The translations under genes were made by a program, and so were the position numbers. This document shows, in pieces, positions 37,518 to 39,537 of a stretch of 39,537 nt of DNA. The stretch's first letter is position 1, and each line of letters opens with the position of its first letter. The stretch is from Fibrobacterales bacterium. Its GTDB lineage: Bacteria > Fibrobacterota > Fibrobacteria > Fibrobacterales > JAOPTW01. The stretch is from assembly GCA_051532035.1 (NCBI GenBank), contig JAOPTW010000091.1, positions 1 through 39,537 of the forward strand, given 5' to 3'. The notes beneath the pieces were generated by a model. It had not been told where the DNA came from. It saw only the letters and a program-made list of their open reading frames with translations, and did no database searches.

Positions 37518-38474
37518 TCGATTGCAACAAAAACTTCTCTATGGGATAATGTTGTAAAATCTGTTCCCTTTGGAAAGTGTCTTCTGAGTATTCAATTAAA
37601 ATTCTCATTCTGACCACACTGATATGGACATCCAGGATCAGCAAAAAAGAAATCTGCACCTGTTAATTTTGAAATTGATGCATGAAAAGCAAATTCCTTC
37701 CCGCAGTCAGATGTTATTATTTCAAACGGGTGCCTTGACCTTCTAGCCATTTCAATGATTTTTTCTTAACAGCTTTTGCTGTTCGTACCTTTGTGAGAGC
37801 CCCGAAGGCAAAACAAGTTGCTTTATCTACAAGTGTTACTATTGCGCCCTTATGGTTTTCCCCAACAACCGTGTCTGCTTCGATATGCCCTATGTCAATA
37901 CGCTTGTCAGCTCTTTTAGGCCGTTCTCTCATAGATCTTGCCGCTATTATCTTTCCTCGCTTGTCGTCTCCTCTATTACGCTTTTTACGATTACGACGTT
38001 TACTTGGGAGAAGCGGGTCTAAAGAATAGGATCCATTATAAATGATGGTATAAATTGATTCACACGATATTGAAATACCTTTTTCAATAAATGCCCTTAC
38101 TGCAATAATATCTGGGGCAAACCTTGTTAGGTTTCTGATAACAAAGTCTATAATTACAGGACATTCTGTCTTTGGGCGTTGCCGTTTTTCAGACCTTCTT
38201 GTATCAGATAGGTGTTGAGCGAAATCAGCTGAATATACCACTCCATTTGAATTATTCTTCAATTCCAAATATAGGGATTTTCGGTTCCTTTTTAGCAAAG
38301 TAGCTATTTTGTTTTTTGGTAACCCTTCAAGTAAATATTCTTCAAACAATATTCGCTCTTCAAAAGTTATATTATGTAGGCTCATGTGGTCTTCCTGTTT
38401 TATAGCGTAGTAACTACAAAACTAACCTCTATGAGCAATTTTTTTAAATGGGGCAATTCAGATTAGAATTCGCC
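37510..38474 (-). mobile_element. IS30-family element remnant; transposase pseudogene
   Basis: ATG 38385; HTH ...ELKNN; GHIEADTVVG, IVTLVD. After a frameshift in an A run (~37760) it continues ITSDCGKEFAFH...FADPGCPYQCGQNENFN*ILRRHFPKGTDF, with an in-frame TGA at 37592-37594. Truncated before the N.RPRK motif. Candidate left IR at 38450-38474. Confidence 0.92.
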
Positions 38475-38503
38475 GAATTAAAAATTGATCAAAAGGAAAT
38501 CAT

Positions 38504-39265
<762 letters not shown>

Positions 39266-39322
39266 GGTTTTGTACAAACTTACCGATCCAAGTATCGACG
39301 AATTTCAGGGTAGTTGACGCAT

Positions 39323-39537
39323 TGTAATCCCCCCGAAAAACTGTTGATGTTATAAGTAGAATATTCTTACTAAATTTAAGAAAGGAGATTCTATGAAGAA
39401 ATAAAAATACTCAGACAGCCAAATCATGGCCATATTACGTCAAGCAGAAGCTGGAACTAAGGCGCAAGAGCTTTGCCGTGAGTATGGTATGAAGAGCTAT
39501 ACGAAGCCTTGAACAGGTTATAGAATGGAGGGGTAAA
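39323..39537 (+). mobile_element. IS3-family (IS407-like) remnant, orfA pseudogene
   Basis: 5'-TG end TGTAATCCCCCC at 39323; AAGGAG RBS; ATG 39393 reads MKK*KYSDSQIMAILRQAEAGTKAQELCREYGM, after which similarity is lost. Confidence 0.85.

Noticed and set aside
37592..37594. TGA at a conserved Gly position in the IS30 transposase, suggesting UGA=Gly recoding
   Set aside because: A single GGA>TGA change explains it. The element also has a frameshift and a truncation, and TGA is used as a normal stop elsewhere in the window.

Overview
Bacterial chromosomal window, most likely from a flagellated member of the Fibrobacterota/FCB group. This is an inference from the TIGR02147-like gene, the Ser-rich lipoprotein linker, futalosine-pathway genes and CheX. 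From left to right it holds: the 3' part of a PAS histidine kinase; a ThuA-domain lipoprotein; a carboxylesterase; and an 11-kb gene for a giant secreted subtilase (S8 + FG-GAP + 23 Ig repeats + 3 discoidin/CBM32 + CBM4-like). Next come a sigma54-type flgF-flgG-flgA-flgH-flgI operon, mqnB-mqnD, a DUF6901-like gene, and the initiator tRNA-Met followed by an odd structured element that splits a copy of the tRNA T-arm. After these are cheX, a putative outer-membrane protein, a PspA-like protein, and a four-gene minor-pilin cluster whose PilX-like subunit is 1343 aa and carries tandem lectin modules. A divergent TIGR02147-like gene with a small partner, a putative porin with a D-S/T-rich stalk, and sufE follow. 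The AT-rich, decayed right end contains an RTX-like gene fragment, an IS30 pseudogene, an orphan type II thioesterase with an (AAT)13 repeat and an IS3 remnant. The best candidates for an undescribed system are the lectin-tipped minor-pilin cluster, the T-loop-splitting element beside tRNA-fMet, and the nested-domain giant protease-lectin. All family assignments come from motif recognition by eye; no database searches were run.
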